This document shows, in pieces, positions 53,188-63,014 of a stretch of 64,000 nucleotides of DNA (the first letter of the stretch is position 1; each line of letters begins with the position of its first letter). A program made the position numbers and the translations under genes. The notes beneath the pieces are model-generated. The model was not told the DNA's origin, made no database searches, and worked only from the letters and a program-made list of their open reading frames with translations. The stretch comes from an uncultured Bacteroidales bacterium (GTDB taxonomy: Bacteria > Bacteroidota > Bacteroidia > Bacteroidales > VadinHA17): positions 7,607 to 71,606 of the forward strand of contig CAVPBE010000004.1 in NCBI GenBank assembly GCA_963701745.1. Reading direction: 5' to 3'.

Positions 53188-54387
53188 TCAGAATGCAGTA
53201 ATTACTCCAACACTCACTTTCCCGTATGAGTCAGGATTAAGAATCTGTGTAAATTCCCCGACAACCCTCATATTACGCCTCAGAAGATATCCTGCATGCA
53301 GGGTTGCCGAACTGTAATCCAGACTATTATAATCCGATTCAACCCAGTTATAGAGTCCGGTAAGGTACCATTTGCTCATATCTCCTTTAGGAGCATATAT
53401 AACTTCTGCAAAAGCGCCTGAAGTCAAAACATCATGTTCAAGTAAACCAGGAGTATCGCCAGCAACTCTTGAGTCGGTTCTTCTTACATACTGTGCATTT
53501 ATAATCAGCTTTTCATCAATGTCAATTGTAAGATCCGGACCGAACATCTGTATCTGACTGACATCTGTATAGTAAGGATCATAAACCACTTCCCTTCCGG
53601 TATAACCGAAAATACCGATCGAAATATATTTGCCGATCGACTGGTTTATCCTGACCATATAGTTCTTGTACTTATCTTTATCAAATATGTATCCCTCCCT
53701 TGCTTCACCAATGCCGCATCCGTTAAGAATTTGTGCAACAACTGTCGTCCCGGTCGAAAAATCCTTCTCAATTATCACACCTCTGTCATATTTCAGGTCG
53801 GCGGTTGAAGTCCCTGGAGCAGATCCATATATTTGATAAGGTTCAAGAGTGTATCTCAGTTCACTTTTGAAGAGCGGGTCTGAAACCTGGAACTGGCCTG
53901 CATACAGGTTAATTCCGGTATTAAGAAAATTGTTATATATCAGGAAAGCATCCTCAAGGCCGGCAACTGAGCCTCTTTCATTCATAAGAAAATAGAAATA
54001 ATATGAAAGATGATCAGATATTTCACCGCCTGATAGTATTTTAAGGACAAAAGGTGCTGCAAAATCAGGAGTCCCTTCATTATTGAAATTATATGAGGTA
54101 AATCCGTCAATCCTTATTGCGAGAGGGAGCTCCCTGAAGAGAGAAAGCTTATCATCGCCAGTCTGAATAAAATATCTTGGTGATTCGTATTCCTTCAGTC
54201 TGAAACCGTTCCCGGCAAATTCATCGCCGAATGGCTTCAGTCTTGGCATCGCAGGTGAATGGCATACCTGGCAGCTTATCTGGTATTTCCGGGCAAACGC
54301 AGGGATGGCATTACCTGGTTTGGAGGGAATGAAAAAAAGAAGAACTGAGGCAAACAGGGTGATTGATACGTATTTATGGGTTTTCAT
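53188..54387 (-). CDS. Cyc2-like fused monoheme cytochrome c / outer-membrane porin
   Basis: Signal peptide, then IPAFARKYQISCQVCHSPAMPRLKPFGDEFAGNGF (PxFARK..CxxCH..PxL..FG..F..NG signature); beta-strand-rich C-domain ending in Phe. Confidence 0.75.
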   Translation of the reverse strand: MKTHKYVSITLFASVLLFFIPSKPGNAIPAFARKYQISCQVCHSPAMPRLKPFGDEFAGNGFRLKEYESPRYFIQTGDDKLSLFRELPLAIRIDGFTSYNFNNEGTPDFAAPFVLKILSGGEISDHLSYYFYFLMNERGSVAGLEDAFLIYNNFLNTGINLYAGQFQVSDPLFKSELRYTLEPYQIYGSAPGTSTADLKYDRGVIIEKDFSTGTTVVAQILNGCGIGEAREGYIFDKDKYKNYMVRINQSIGKYISIGIFGYTGREVVYDPYYTDVSQIQMFGPDLTIDIDEKLIINAQYVRRTDSRVAGDTPGLLEHDVLTSGAFAEVIYAPKGDMSKWYLTGLYNWVESDYNSLDYSSATLHAGYLLRRNMRVVGEFTQILNPDSYGKVSVGVITAF

Positions 54388-54405
54388 AGAATTAGGATTT
54401 AGTTT

Positions 54406-55782
54406 TTATGGCAAAATCTGAATACTTGTTGAATGATCGTTCACGTGTTTAATTTCAGATTCATCTGCAGGTACTTTCAGGAAATCAGCTACAGACTTTA
54501 CAAGGAGCTGGTAGTTTAAAACAGCCTTCACAGTCATTACACCCTGAGCAGCATCATTTGGTATACGGAAAGTAAACTTTTCGACTTTTGTTTCCCTTGG
54601 TCCAATGCGGTAATCCACTCCCTGTTTTGCTGTGTTCCATTGCATAATCGTCATTCTGCCTTCAGGGTCAAAATATGGCATCCTGAATATCCTGTTACCT
54701 GACGGGATCCCGTCACGCTGAACGCCTTTGAAGTCGGGTTGACCAAGAGGCACACCCATATCCTGGTATGCAAGATAATCTCCTGATATTGTGTATTCTT
54801 CTCCCTCAAATCCCTTTTTGTCGACATTAAGATGGTAAACCTTGCCCTTTGAATCTGTTGCTTCAACATTCAGCCATGCAATACGATCTTCAACCGATCC
54901 TGTCGGGAATTTATGTCCCGTTTTCTGGTTAAAGAGAGCAACTGTAAAAATCACACTCTCTCCCGGTTCAGCCTCACGTACATCAGGATGGATCCTGACC
55001 TCAATTGTTCCTCTTACTTTACCCGGATCATGTGCGCCATGAAACAGGTGAATCCTTGCATCGTCATATGGTTTTGCCATCAGGGCATTAAGAAAAGGAC
55101 CTCCCTTAGGCATATGACAATCCTGGCAATGAACTTCCTCTTTTGCATATGGCCCCTCTTTCCATTCCAGCTGGGTGCTTTTCACCCAGACTCCAAATGG
55201 ATTTTTTTCATTGTGGCAGTTGCCGCAGAATTCTGTTGTACGGAAGAAATCGTTCGTAACTATTTTGTGCGCAGGAGATTCAACTGTTGGAGTACGTCCG
55301 GCATATTTAGTCATCCCCGGCCTGATTAGATAGCTAAAATTATAAGGTGGGTCTGTCTGGGCCGATTGTGTCAGGTGGCACACTTCACAGGAAACAGATT
55401 CATTGGCCATGCTTTTTTCAGAAGGCCTTGGAGGCGGAAATTGCTTCCCTCCCATAAAAGCCAATGGAGCATGGCATCCGTTGCAACCGTCAACTGGATC
55501 TTTAAGATCAGGCTTTGCTGCCGCATGTGGTACGGCAAGATCAAAATATTCTATTTCATCCCAGTGATGCGTATAGGCCTGTGACATCATTGCCTGGGAC
55601 CATTGTTCATATATGCCCGGATGACACGATCTGCATTTCTTTGCGGATTCAAAATCCTTATAGTCATATTTGCTCTTCAGGTTCTCCTGCGGCAGCATAA
55701 GTCTGAACGCTGTCAATAACAATATAACAATACCAGAGGAGCCAAGAAGCACTAAAACAAGCGAATTGGTTTTTCTGCTCAT
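54406..55782 (-). CDS. Pentaheme c-type cytochrome (c554-like) with N-terminal membrane anchor or signal
   Basis: Five CxxCH motifs: CRSCH, CNGCH, CEVCH, CGNCH, CQDCH; GHKFPTG in the C-domain. Confidence 0.88.
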   Translation of the reverse strand: MSRKTNSLVLVLLGSSGIVILLLTAFRLMLPQENLKSKYDYKDFESAKKCRSCHPGIYEQWSQAMMSQAYTHHWDEIEYFDLAVPHAAAKPDLKDPVDGCNGCHAPLAFMGGKQFPPPRPSEKSMANESVSCEVCHLTQSAQTDPPYNFSYLIRPGMTKYAGRTPTVESPAHKIVTNDFFRTTEFCGNCHNEKNPFGVWVKSTQLEWKEGPYAKEEVHCQDCHMPKGGPFLNALMAKPYDDARIHLFHGAHDPGKVRGTIEVRIHPDVREAEPGESVIFTVALFNQKTGHKFPTGSVEDRIAWLNVEATDSKGKVYHLNVDKKGFEGEEYTISGDYLAYQDMGVPLGQPDFKGVQRDGIPSGNRIFRMPYFDPEGRMTIMQWNTAKQGVDYRIGPRETKVEKFTFRIPNDAAQGVMTVKAVLNYQLLVKSVADFLKVPADESEIKHVNDHSTSIQILP

Positions 55783-55857
55783 AGATTTTGGATTTAAGGA
55801 AATCTAAGATAAGCAGATTTTTCTAATCATATTATATTTATTATTACAAAAAATACA

Positions 55858-56598
55858 GTGAAGGGGTCGATGCACAGCATTATAATCATACTATTGTCAG
55901 CTTCAATGCAATTGAATACCAGCTACAGGTCGGAAATATATTCTGCATATGTAAACAACAAAATGGATCTCTGGCGAGATGTTATTGACAGAATGGATAC
56001 AATCCCAGAAAAAAGCAATGAGCTGCTTCTTGAACTTGTAAATTACCAGTACGGATATATTGGATATTGCGCAGGATTCGATAAAAAAGAGGAGGCAAAG
56101 AAATATCTTGATTTAGCCCAAAGGAATGTCGAGATACTTGAGAAATGTAATTATAACCTGTCGGTTATAAATTCATACAAAGCTGCTTTTTATGGATTCA
56201 GAATTGGATTAAATCCCATTTCTGCTCCGGTTAACGGATTCAGAAGCATTGACTGTGCCAAAATGGCTCTAAGCCTCGATTCGGCCAATTACCTTGCATA
56301 TGTGCAGTATGGAAATATGAAGTTTTATATGCCATCCGCTCTCGGGGGATCAAAAAAGTTGGCCCTCGAGTACTACCTGAAGGCCAGAGACCTGCTTGAA
56401 CGAGAAACCGATTCCATAACAGGGAACTGGAATTATTTGAGCCTGCTGGTAGTGCTCGGACAAACATATACTTATCTGAATGATTATCTCTCTGCACAAA
56501 AGGTATATGATACCATTCTTAACATTGAACCTGAGTTTTTATATGTTAAAGATGATCTATACCCGAAACTTCTAAAGAAAATGGAGAATCCAAATTAA
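55858..56598 (+). CDS. TPR-like hypothetical protein, probably co-transcribed with photolyase
   Basis: Helical repeats (ALEYYLKA, AQKVYDTILNIEP); 7-bp gap to the next gene; start may be ATG 55870. Confidence 0.6.
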   Translation: MKGSMHSIIIILLSASMQLNTSYRSEIYSAYVNNKMDLWRDVIDRMDTIPEKSNELLLELVNYQYGYIGYCAGFDKKEEAKKYLDLAQRNVEILEKCNYNLSVINSYKAAFYGFRIGLNPISAPVNGFRSIDCAKMALSLDSANYLAYVQYGNMKFYMPSALGGSKKLALEYYLKARDLLERETDSITGNWNYLSLLVVLGQTYTYLNDYLSAQKVYDTILNIEPEFLYVKDDLYPKLLKKMENPN

Positions 56599-56605
56599 TT
56601 GTATT

Positions 56606-57904
56606 ATGAAACTCAATGTTTTCTGGTTCAGAAGAGATTTAAGGCTTGAGGATAATGCCGCACTCGATCAGGCTCTTGATTCAGATTTGCCTGTACTGCC
56701 ACTTTTCATTTTCGATACAAATATCACCGATGAGCTTCCCCGTGACGACGCCAGGATCAGCTTTATTCATGAAACTCTTACAGATATAAACAGCAATCTT
56801 CAAAAAGCCGGCAGTTCTCTTTATGTTCTGAAAGGAGATCCGGAGAAAAAATGGAAAGAACTAATTTTATCATTTGAAATCAACGCAGTATATATCAACA
56901 AGGACTATGAACCATATGCCATACAGCGTGACAAAGAGGTTGAGGAGCTTTTGAAAAGGAACGGGGTAAGCCTTTTTATTTACAAAGACCAGGTGATCTT
57001 TGAAGAAAATGAAATCATAAAACCCGACAACAGACCATATACGATTTTCACGCCATACAAGAATCGCTGGCTGAAAAGATTGTATGAAAATCCGGCTGTT
57101 ATTAACCAGGTCAAAGGTGAAAAGCATAGAAAATTTTATCAATTCAGATATTCTTTCCCTTCACTTGAGGAAACAGGCTTCATAAAAAGCTGCATAAGGG
57201 TCCGGCCTTACGATCTGTCGGTGATCTCTGATTATCATAAATATCGTAATCTGCCAGCAATTGACAGGACCAGCTATCTCTCACCGCATCTTAGATTCGG
57301 TACGGTCAGCATAAGGCAAATAGCAACCCTGGCATTGAAACAGAATATGAGTTTCCTGAATGAGCTGATCTGGCGAGAGTTCTTCATGCAGATACTGTAT
57401 CATTTCCCCGGCGTGGTAACAGATAATTTCAAACCGGTTTATGATGATATACAATGGAGAAATGATGAAAAGGAGTTCCTGAGATGGTGCAATGGCGAGA
57501 CTGGTTATCCAATAGTGGATGCAGGGATGCGTCAGCTTAACAAATCCGGGTATATGCATAACAGGGTAAGGATGATAACTGCAGGATTTCTCTGCAAGCA
57601 TCTGCTGATCGACTGGAGATGGGGTGAAGCCTATTTTGCGCAGAAACTTCTCGATTATGAACTATCGTCAAATAACGGCAACTGGCAATGGGCAGCAGGA
57701 ACAGGTTGTGATGCCGCGCCTTATTTCAGGGTTTTTAATCCTGAAACACAACAAAAGAAATTCGACCCTAAGGAAGAGTATGTAAAGAGATGGGTTGACA
57801 ACTATGGCAAACCAGATTATCCTGCAAAAATCGTGGAACATGATTTTGCCAGGCAAAGAGCTTTAGCGGTTTATAAAGCTGGCATCAAGAAAAGAATAAT
57901 CTGA
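56606..57904 (+). CDS. phrB: Deoxyribodipyrimidine (CPD) photolyase
   Basis: WFRRDLRLEDN, TSYLSPHLRFG, ELIWREFF, GYPIVDAGMR, MHNRVRM, NNGNWQW, PYFRVFNP. Confidence 0.93.
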   Translation: MKLNVFWFRRDLRLEDNAALDQALDSDLPVLPLFIFDTNITDELPRDDARISFIHETLTDINSNLQKAGSSLYVLKGDPEKKWKELILSFEINAVYINKDYEPYAIQRDKEVEELLKRNGVSLFIYKDQVIFEENEIIKPDNRPYTIFTPYKNRWLKRLYENPAVINQVKGEKHRKFYQFRYSFPSLEETGFIKSCIRVRPYDLSVISDYHKYRNLPAIDRTSYLSPHLRFGTVSIRQIATLALKQNMSFLNELIWREFFMQILYHFPGVVTDNFKPVYDDIQWRNDEKEFLRWCNGETGYPIVDAGMRQLNKSGYMHNRVRMITAGFLCKHLLIDWRWGEAYFAQKLLDYELSSNNGNWQWAAGTGCDAAPYFRVFNPETQQKKFDPKEEYVKRWVDNYGKPDYPAKIVEHDFARQRALAVYKAGIKKRII

Positions 57905-57913
57905 TATCAAAGC

Positions 57914-58008
57914 CATTGTGCACCTTTGTGATTAGCTTTGGATGCCTCGTGGTTAAATTCTTTTTTCATCATAAAGGAAGCAAATGATAACACAAAGTTG
58001 CAAAAATG
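57914..58008. repeat. Degenerate inverted CTTTGTG/CACAAAG array
   Basis: CATTGTG CACCTTTGTG ... CTCGTGG on the left; CATAAAG ... CACAAAG on the right. Confidence 0.45.
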
Positions 58009-58248
58009 AAATCCATGAAAGTTACAAAAGCTTTTATCCCTTTTGTCAGCCTCATTGCTTTCTCCTGGATCTTGCTATCGGTGCAAACGCCATGGATCCT
58101 TCGAAATCAGCCTTTCCGATAGAATATGAAGTCTAATGGGTGAGGGTATATCAAAATAAGTAGTCCTGTTTCTTGACTCATATTATTAAATTTCTGAAAT
58201 TTATTGAAAGGTTAAAGTAGGATCAGGATAATATAAACCCATTAATCT

Positions 58249-60348
58249 ATGAAGAGATATCAATTAGTTGTTGTTTGTGTTTTATTATTGTCATCCTGCT
58301 TGTTACGGGGACAAAGTGATGGGTGCCCTAAAATAAAGGTAGGAGTAAAAATTGCGGGGATTCATGAGGAAGTCTTTGATGAGCTGAATATGCAATATAA
58401 CACTGAAAAACACAAAGCTGTATGGCTGGCAGAGCTGGGTGGATTGCTGATGAAGTCTCTCCAGGAAAATTCCCCGGACCTTGAGTTTGTTTACCTTTCT
58501 GCAAATCCAGATGCAGACTATGATTACCTTTTTAATGCACTGTTTGCTCTTACCGGAGGAGGTAAAACAATTGAAATAACACCTGAAACTGTTATTATTG
58601 GGTCTGATGGTAACATTTTCAATATTCCTCCACTTTACGACTCAGAATACACCGAATATAAGGTCTGGTCCTCTTTGATTATAAATTCAAACTGCTTTCC
58701 AAACAGAAGATATATCCTGGCAGTTGAAAAAGGTCAGAGCCAGGATATTTACAGAGCTATCCTGACAAGCTTGAGTGGATTCGGCCGAGGTCTGGAATAT
58801 GTAATCTTTGAAAGGGAAAAATCGCGGCCGGTACCTGCAAGGAATCCTTTAGTTTCCACCAGCCTTGAAAGAGAGTATATTTCAATACTTACTCCTGAAA
58901 CAAGGAAGATCAAAATCTATGAAAACGTATTGAACTGCGATGGCACAGTACCTTTTTTCCCTTCAGGACTCCATAGTCAGGCTGTTAAATTCCCGACAAA
59001 GACCGACCGTGGGACAATAGATGCAATACCAGGGGAAGGCTGTAAGCTTGAAATACAAGATGCTAATTGGCTATATATTCTGGTAAATAATGCCGGGAAT
59101 GCAATTGCAGAATATACTCTCGAAAGAGGCTTGGCACCGCAAATCGAAAAGATAAAACTGACTACATGCCCACGGGGTAACAAACCTGACATTGAGAAAG
59201 AAGTTGAAGTCATTATTCGAGGACTTGAACTCGAGGTTGATCCTGACCGTACGACAATTTACAATGGAGAAGGGACCTCGATTCAAATAGATCTTCATGA
59301 AATTGATCCTGATGGTACAGAGATACTTTCCTGTGCCGGGAAGGAAGTCGAAGTTAAGGTGACAGGGCTTGTTGACGGGACTGTAAGCCATGAATCGGGA
59401 ATGATCACCCTGAATGAAGCTGGAGTAGCTTTTATTGAATACACGGCAGGTGAAAAAGACAGGCAAATAAAGATCAGTGCCACTTTCACTCCTCCCGGAT
59501 ATCCGGAAGAGGTTAAAGGTGATGCTATTATAACTGTTAAAAAGCCTGCGGGTTCTTTCACCGGCACAATCACTTACAAGCGTAATGTTCACTGGAAGGA
59601 TGAATCGGAGCAGCCGGCAGGAAGCTCTTCCATGTCGGTCGATCTTGATGAAAGTGCAATGATCAATGTTGTAGCCCGCTTTGTGCGGACCTATAAAGAG
59701 GGCAATGATGTTATCGAACTTTACGAAGCAAACCAACTTTCCGGAAACTGCTCGGTTGTTATGAGAAAGATCTCAGTAGTTACAGATAAAGAGGGAACCT
59801 GGTCAAAAATCATAGATAACTGGCAGGGAGATAAAATGATTGAACCCGAAAGTGGTTCCAATCTCTTATTGACTATTAATACCACTAAAAATACATACAT
59901 ATTACAAGCTTCAATATATTTTACTCCGGTGGAGGGTACTACTGAGATATCAAGCTCTAAAGGCCTGAGATCGACCTCGGAAGCAGAACCATGGGGTGTT
60001 AACGCCAGTTTGGAAATGGAAGATAAGATTAAAGGCATTTTGATTATTGGTAACTGGTCGGAGCCAGCAATAGAAAAGATAGCAGTTACCCCTCAGGCAG
60101 GTTTGCTGCCGGGATCAACATGGAACTGGAGCCTGAGCCGCATCAATAGGAGCCAGAAAGTAGAAAAAGAACAATTTCGGCTACAAAATTATAGGAAAAT
60201 CTACCTATTGTCAGAAAAGGTTAAATTAGATATCTTTATTCGGTCAAAACCAGGTGGATATGAAAAAATGTCTTCCCTTTTATTTATTACTGATCTTTTT
60301 TATTTCGCTTTTTATTCCTTCCTGCGAATCTCTCAAGAAAGATCCTGA
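58249..60348 (+). CDS. Secreted hypothetical protein with Ig-like region (true end probably near 60150)
   Basis: Signal peptide; beta-rich middle (ITLNEAGVAFIEYTAG); last ~65 codons run through the next gene's upstream region and start. Confidence 0.55.
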   Translation: MKRYQLVVVCVLLLSSCLLRGQSDGCPKIKVGVKIAGIHEEVFDELNMQYNTEKHKAVWLAELGGLLMKSLQENSPDLEFVYLSANPDADYDYLFNALFALTGGGKTIEITPETVIIGSDGNIFNIPPLYDSEYTEYKVWSSLIINSNCFPNRRYILAVEKGQSQDIYRAILTSLSGFGRGLEYVIFEREKSRPVPARNPLVSTSLEREYISILTPETRKIKIYENVLNCDGTVPFFPSGLHSQAVKFPTKTDRGTIDAIPGEGCKLEIQDANWLYILVNNAGNAIAEYTLERGLAPQIEKIKLTTCPRGNKPDIEKEVEVIIRGLELEVDPDRTTIYNGEGTSIQIDLHEIDPDGTEILSCAGKEVEVKVTGLVDGTVSHESGMITLNEAGVAFIEYTAGEKDRQIKISATFTPPGYPEEVKGDAIITVKKPAGSFTGTITYKRNVHWKDESEQPAGSSSMSVDLDESAMINVVARFVRTYKEGNDVIELYEANQLSGNCSVVMRKISVVTDKEGTWSKIIDNWQGDKMIEPESGSNLLLTINTTKNTYILQASIYFTPVEGTTEISSSKGLRSTSEAEPWGVNASLEMEDKIKGILIIGNWSEPAIEKIAVTPQAGLLPGSTWNWSLSRINRSQKVEKEQFRLQNYRKIYLLSEKVKLDIFIRSKPGGYEKMSSLLFITDLFYFAFYSFLRISQERS

Positions 60349-60774
60349 ATTTACGTCGGAACCTGGCAATTCAGTGAAAAGATCACTTCCGATGACATTG
60401 TTTTTAACACTACCAGAACCCTGATACTTACAAAGAATTCATATGAGGAGACTTATACTATCCAGCGTGAAAACTCAGCTGTGATCTCTGCTATTATCGG
60501 TACAAAAGGCTATCTTCAAATGGATCGTTTAAGCCTGATATTTGAACTGAAAGAGCTTGGAACCTGCGCGCTGGATAATTCAGAAATCTGCACCGGAAAT
60601 ATTCAGTGGTACGGTGATGGGACCCAGTACTGGACAGATAATATTGTCTACTTCAAAAAAACAGTTACCGGAGCCTTTGAGGTCATTGGAAATACTCTCA
60701 GACTTACCCGTGATCTTAATCGCGACTTTGATTATGAAGATACCGGAGAGGATGTCACATTTGAAAAGATCTGA
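60260..60774 (+). CDS. Lipoprotein, lipocalin-like (frameshift near 60350)
   Basis: ATG 60260 gives MKKCLPFYLLLIFFISLFIPSC (lipobox); continues as VGTWQFSE... in the frame of ORF 60481. Confidence 0.55.
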
Positions 60775-60787
60775 AACCGGTTAATCA

Positions 60788-62917
60788 ATGAATACTGCCT
60801 TGCTGTTGTTTTTTCTGTTCTCCTTTGTTCATGGCAGCACAAAAACCCGGATTGAATCCCCAACCGGACTTATGGTTGAATTCATCCGTGAGCCGGAGCA
60901 TGTTCTGATTTCTGACCCCAAACCTGAATTCAGCTGGATAGTTCCTGATAATGCCGGAAGGCAAACTGCTTACCAGATCCTTGTTTCTTCATCGGAAAAA
61001 TTGCTTTCGGGAGATATTGGTGATCTCTGGAATGGGAATAAGACAATCAGTTCAGTATCCGTGGAGGTAGAATATTCGGGAAGCAAGCTCTCTGACAATT
61101 CAAAATATTACTGGAAAGTCAGGATATGGGACAGGAAAGGTATGTCTTCGTCATGGTCTGAAATTCAGTCTTTTAGAACAGGTGTGCTTAAAGATTATGG
61201 AACTGCCGGGAACAGATTCGTTGAAACAATTATAAAACCTGAGAAACTCATTAAAACAGGCGAAAAAAGTTACTTCATTGATTTTGGAAAAGATGCGTTT
61301 GGAAAACTTGAACTGGAAATCAATCCCTCCTCAAAGGATACCATTATTGTCCATCTGGGTGAAAAGATCGAAGGATTAAACAGGATCGACCGCAAGCCTG
61401 CAGGCACAATCAGGTATTACAGGATCCTTCTGCCCGTAGAACCGGGTAAAAGCATTTATGTCCCTGAGATTCCCCCTGATTCGAGGAATACAGGTCCGGC
61501 AGCAGTGCATCTTCCCGATTCAATCGGTGTAATTACACCTTTCCGGTATTGTGAACTTGAAAACTGCAGCTTTGAACTTAGTCGTGAAAATGTTCACCAG
61601 AAAGCTCTCTGGTACTATTTCAAGGATGAGTTTAGTGCATTTATAAGTTCGGACACTGTTCTGAATAAGGTCTGGGATATATGTAAATACACGATTAAAG
61701 CTACTTCCTTTGCAGGTCTTTATGTTGACGGCGATCGTGAACGGATCCCTTATGAGGCTGATGCATATATAAATCAGCTTGGTCATTATTATACCGACCG
61801 TGAGTTTTCGCTTGCGAGGCGAACAAACGAGTACTTCATTGAACACCCGACCTGGCCCACCGAATGGATACTGCAGACAGTGCTTATGTTTTACAACGAC
61901 TTCATGTACACGGGAAATAAAGAATCGGTAAATTATTTCTTCACGGAGCTTAGTCACAAAACCCTTATTGACCTTGCCCGGCCTGACGGGCTGATCAGCT
62001 CAAAGAATGTCACCGATGAGATAATGACTAAACTTGGCTTTTCAAATGCGAAGGAGAGGATAAGGGACATTGTTGACTGGCCCCCTTCGCAGAAGGATAC
62101 CGGATGGAAGCTGGCTACTCCCGAGGGCGAGAGAGATGGCTATGATTTGGCTGAGGTCAATACTGTGGTAAATGCATTTCATTACAGAAGCCTGGTCCTT
62201 ATGTCGGAATTTGCCGGCTACCTTGACAGGACTGCTGATTCAGTCCTTTTCCGGTATCAATCTTTAAAAGTCAGGAAGGCTGTAAATGAAAAGCTGTTCG
62301 ACAGAAACAGGGGTATATATATTGACGGAGAATTTTCGGACCACTCCTCTCTTCATGCAAATATGATGGTATTGGCGTTTGATCTTGTTCCGGAAGAGCA
62401 TAAAAAGACGGTGATTGATTTTATAAAATCAAGGGGGATGGCCTGCAGTGTTTATGGGGCGCAGTTTCTTCTGGAAGGACTGTATAAGGCAGGAGAACAG
62501 GATTATGCACAGAGTCTGATGACTTCCACTCACAACAGAAGCTGGTGGAACATGATAAGGTCAGGATCTACAATAACAATGGAGGCCTGGGACATTAAAT
62601 ACAAGCCAAATTCAGACTGGAATCATGCCTGGGGTGCAGCCCCGGCAAATATTATCCCTGGTTACATGTGGGGTATCAGACCAGAATCACCCGGGTACTC
62701 AAAAGCAGTTATTAAGCCGCAATTGGGAAGTCTGACATACAGTCAGATAAGCGTACCCACAATTCGAGGAAATATTGTTGCGGAATTTAAAAAATCAGGG
62801 AAATCTAAGGAATATTTAATAATTATTCCGGCAAATATGGAATGTGATTTTATAATAAATACTGTTAATAATTTAACAATAAAACTGCATCCGGGCACCA
62901 ATAAGATAGTACTTTAA
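60788..62917 (+). CDS. GH78 alpha-L-rhamnosidase-like protein
   Basis: IDFGKDAFG, VDGDRERIPYEAD, IVDWP, TMEAW, NHAWGAAP. Confidence 0.85.
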   Translation: MNTALLLFFLFSFVHGSTKTRIESPTGLMVEFIREPEHVLISDPKPEFSWIVPDNAGRQTAYQILVSSSEKLLSGDIGDLWNGNKTISSVSVEVEYSGSKLSDNSKYYWKVRIWDRKGMSSSWSEIQSFRTGVLKDYGTAGNRFVETIIKPEKLIKTGEKSYFIDFGKDAFGKLELEINPSSKDTIIVHLGEKIEGLNRIDRKPAGTIRYYRILLPVEPGKSIYVPEIPPDSRNTGPAAVHLPDSIGVITPFRYCELENCSFELSRENVHQKALWYYFKDEFSAFISSDTVLNKVWDICKYTIKATSFAGLYVDGDRERIPYEADAYINQLGHYYTDREFSLARRTNEYFIEHPTWPTEWILQTVLMFYNDFMYTGNKESVNYFFTELSHKTLIDLARPDGLISSKNVTDEIMTKLGFSNAKERIRDIVDWPPSQKDTGWKLATPEGERDGYDLAEVNTVVNAFHYRSLVLMSEFAGYLDRTADSVLFRYQSLKVRKAVNEKLFDRNRGIYIDGEFSDHSSLHANMMVLAFDLVPEEHKKTVIDFIKSRGMACSVYGAQFLLEGLYKAGEQDYAQSLMTSTHNRSWWNMIRSGSTITMEAWDIKYKPNSDWNHAWGAAPANIIPGYMWGIRPESPGYSKAVIKPQLGSLTYSQISVPTIRGNIVAEFKKSGKSKEYLIIIPANMECDFIINTVNNLTIKLHPGTNKIVL

Positions 62918-62928
62918 ATCAAAAACTT

Positions 62929-62984
62929 CCACAAAGACACGAAGGCACAAAGTGAAAATCTTAGCGCCTTAGCGTCGTGGTGGC
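62929..62984. repeat. Inverted CACAAAG-type 9-bp array
   Basis: CCACAAAGA CACGAAGG CACAAAG ... CTTAGCGC CTTAGCGT CGTGGTGG. Confidence 0.5.
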
Positions 62985-63014
62985 AATAGTAAGAATTTAT
63001 TAATCCTCAAATCA

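Noticed and set aside
58007-58122. Small hydrophobic ORF after the photolyase
   Set aside because: Under 40 codons, starts within a repeat, no supporting motif
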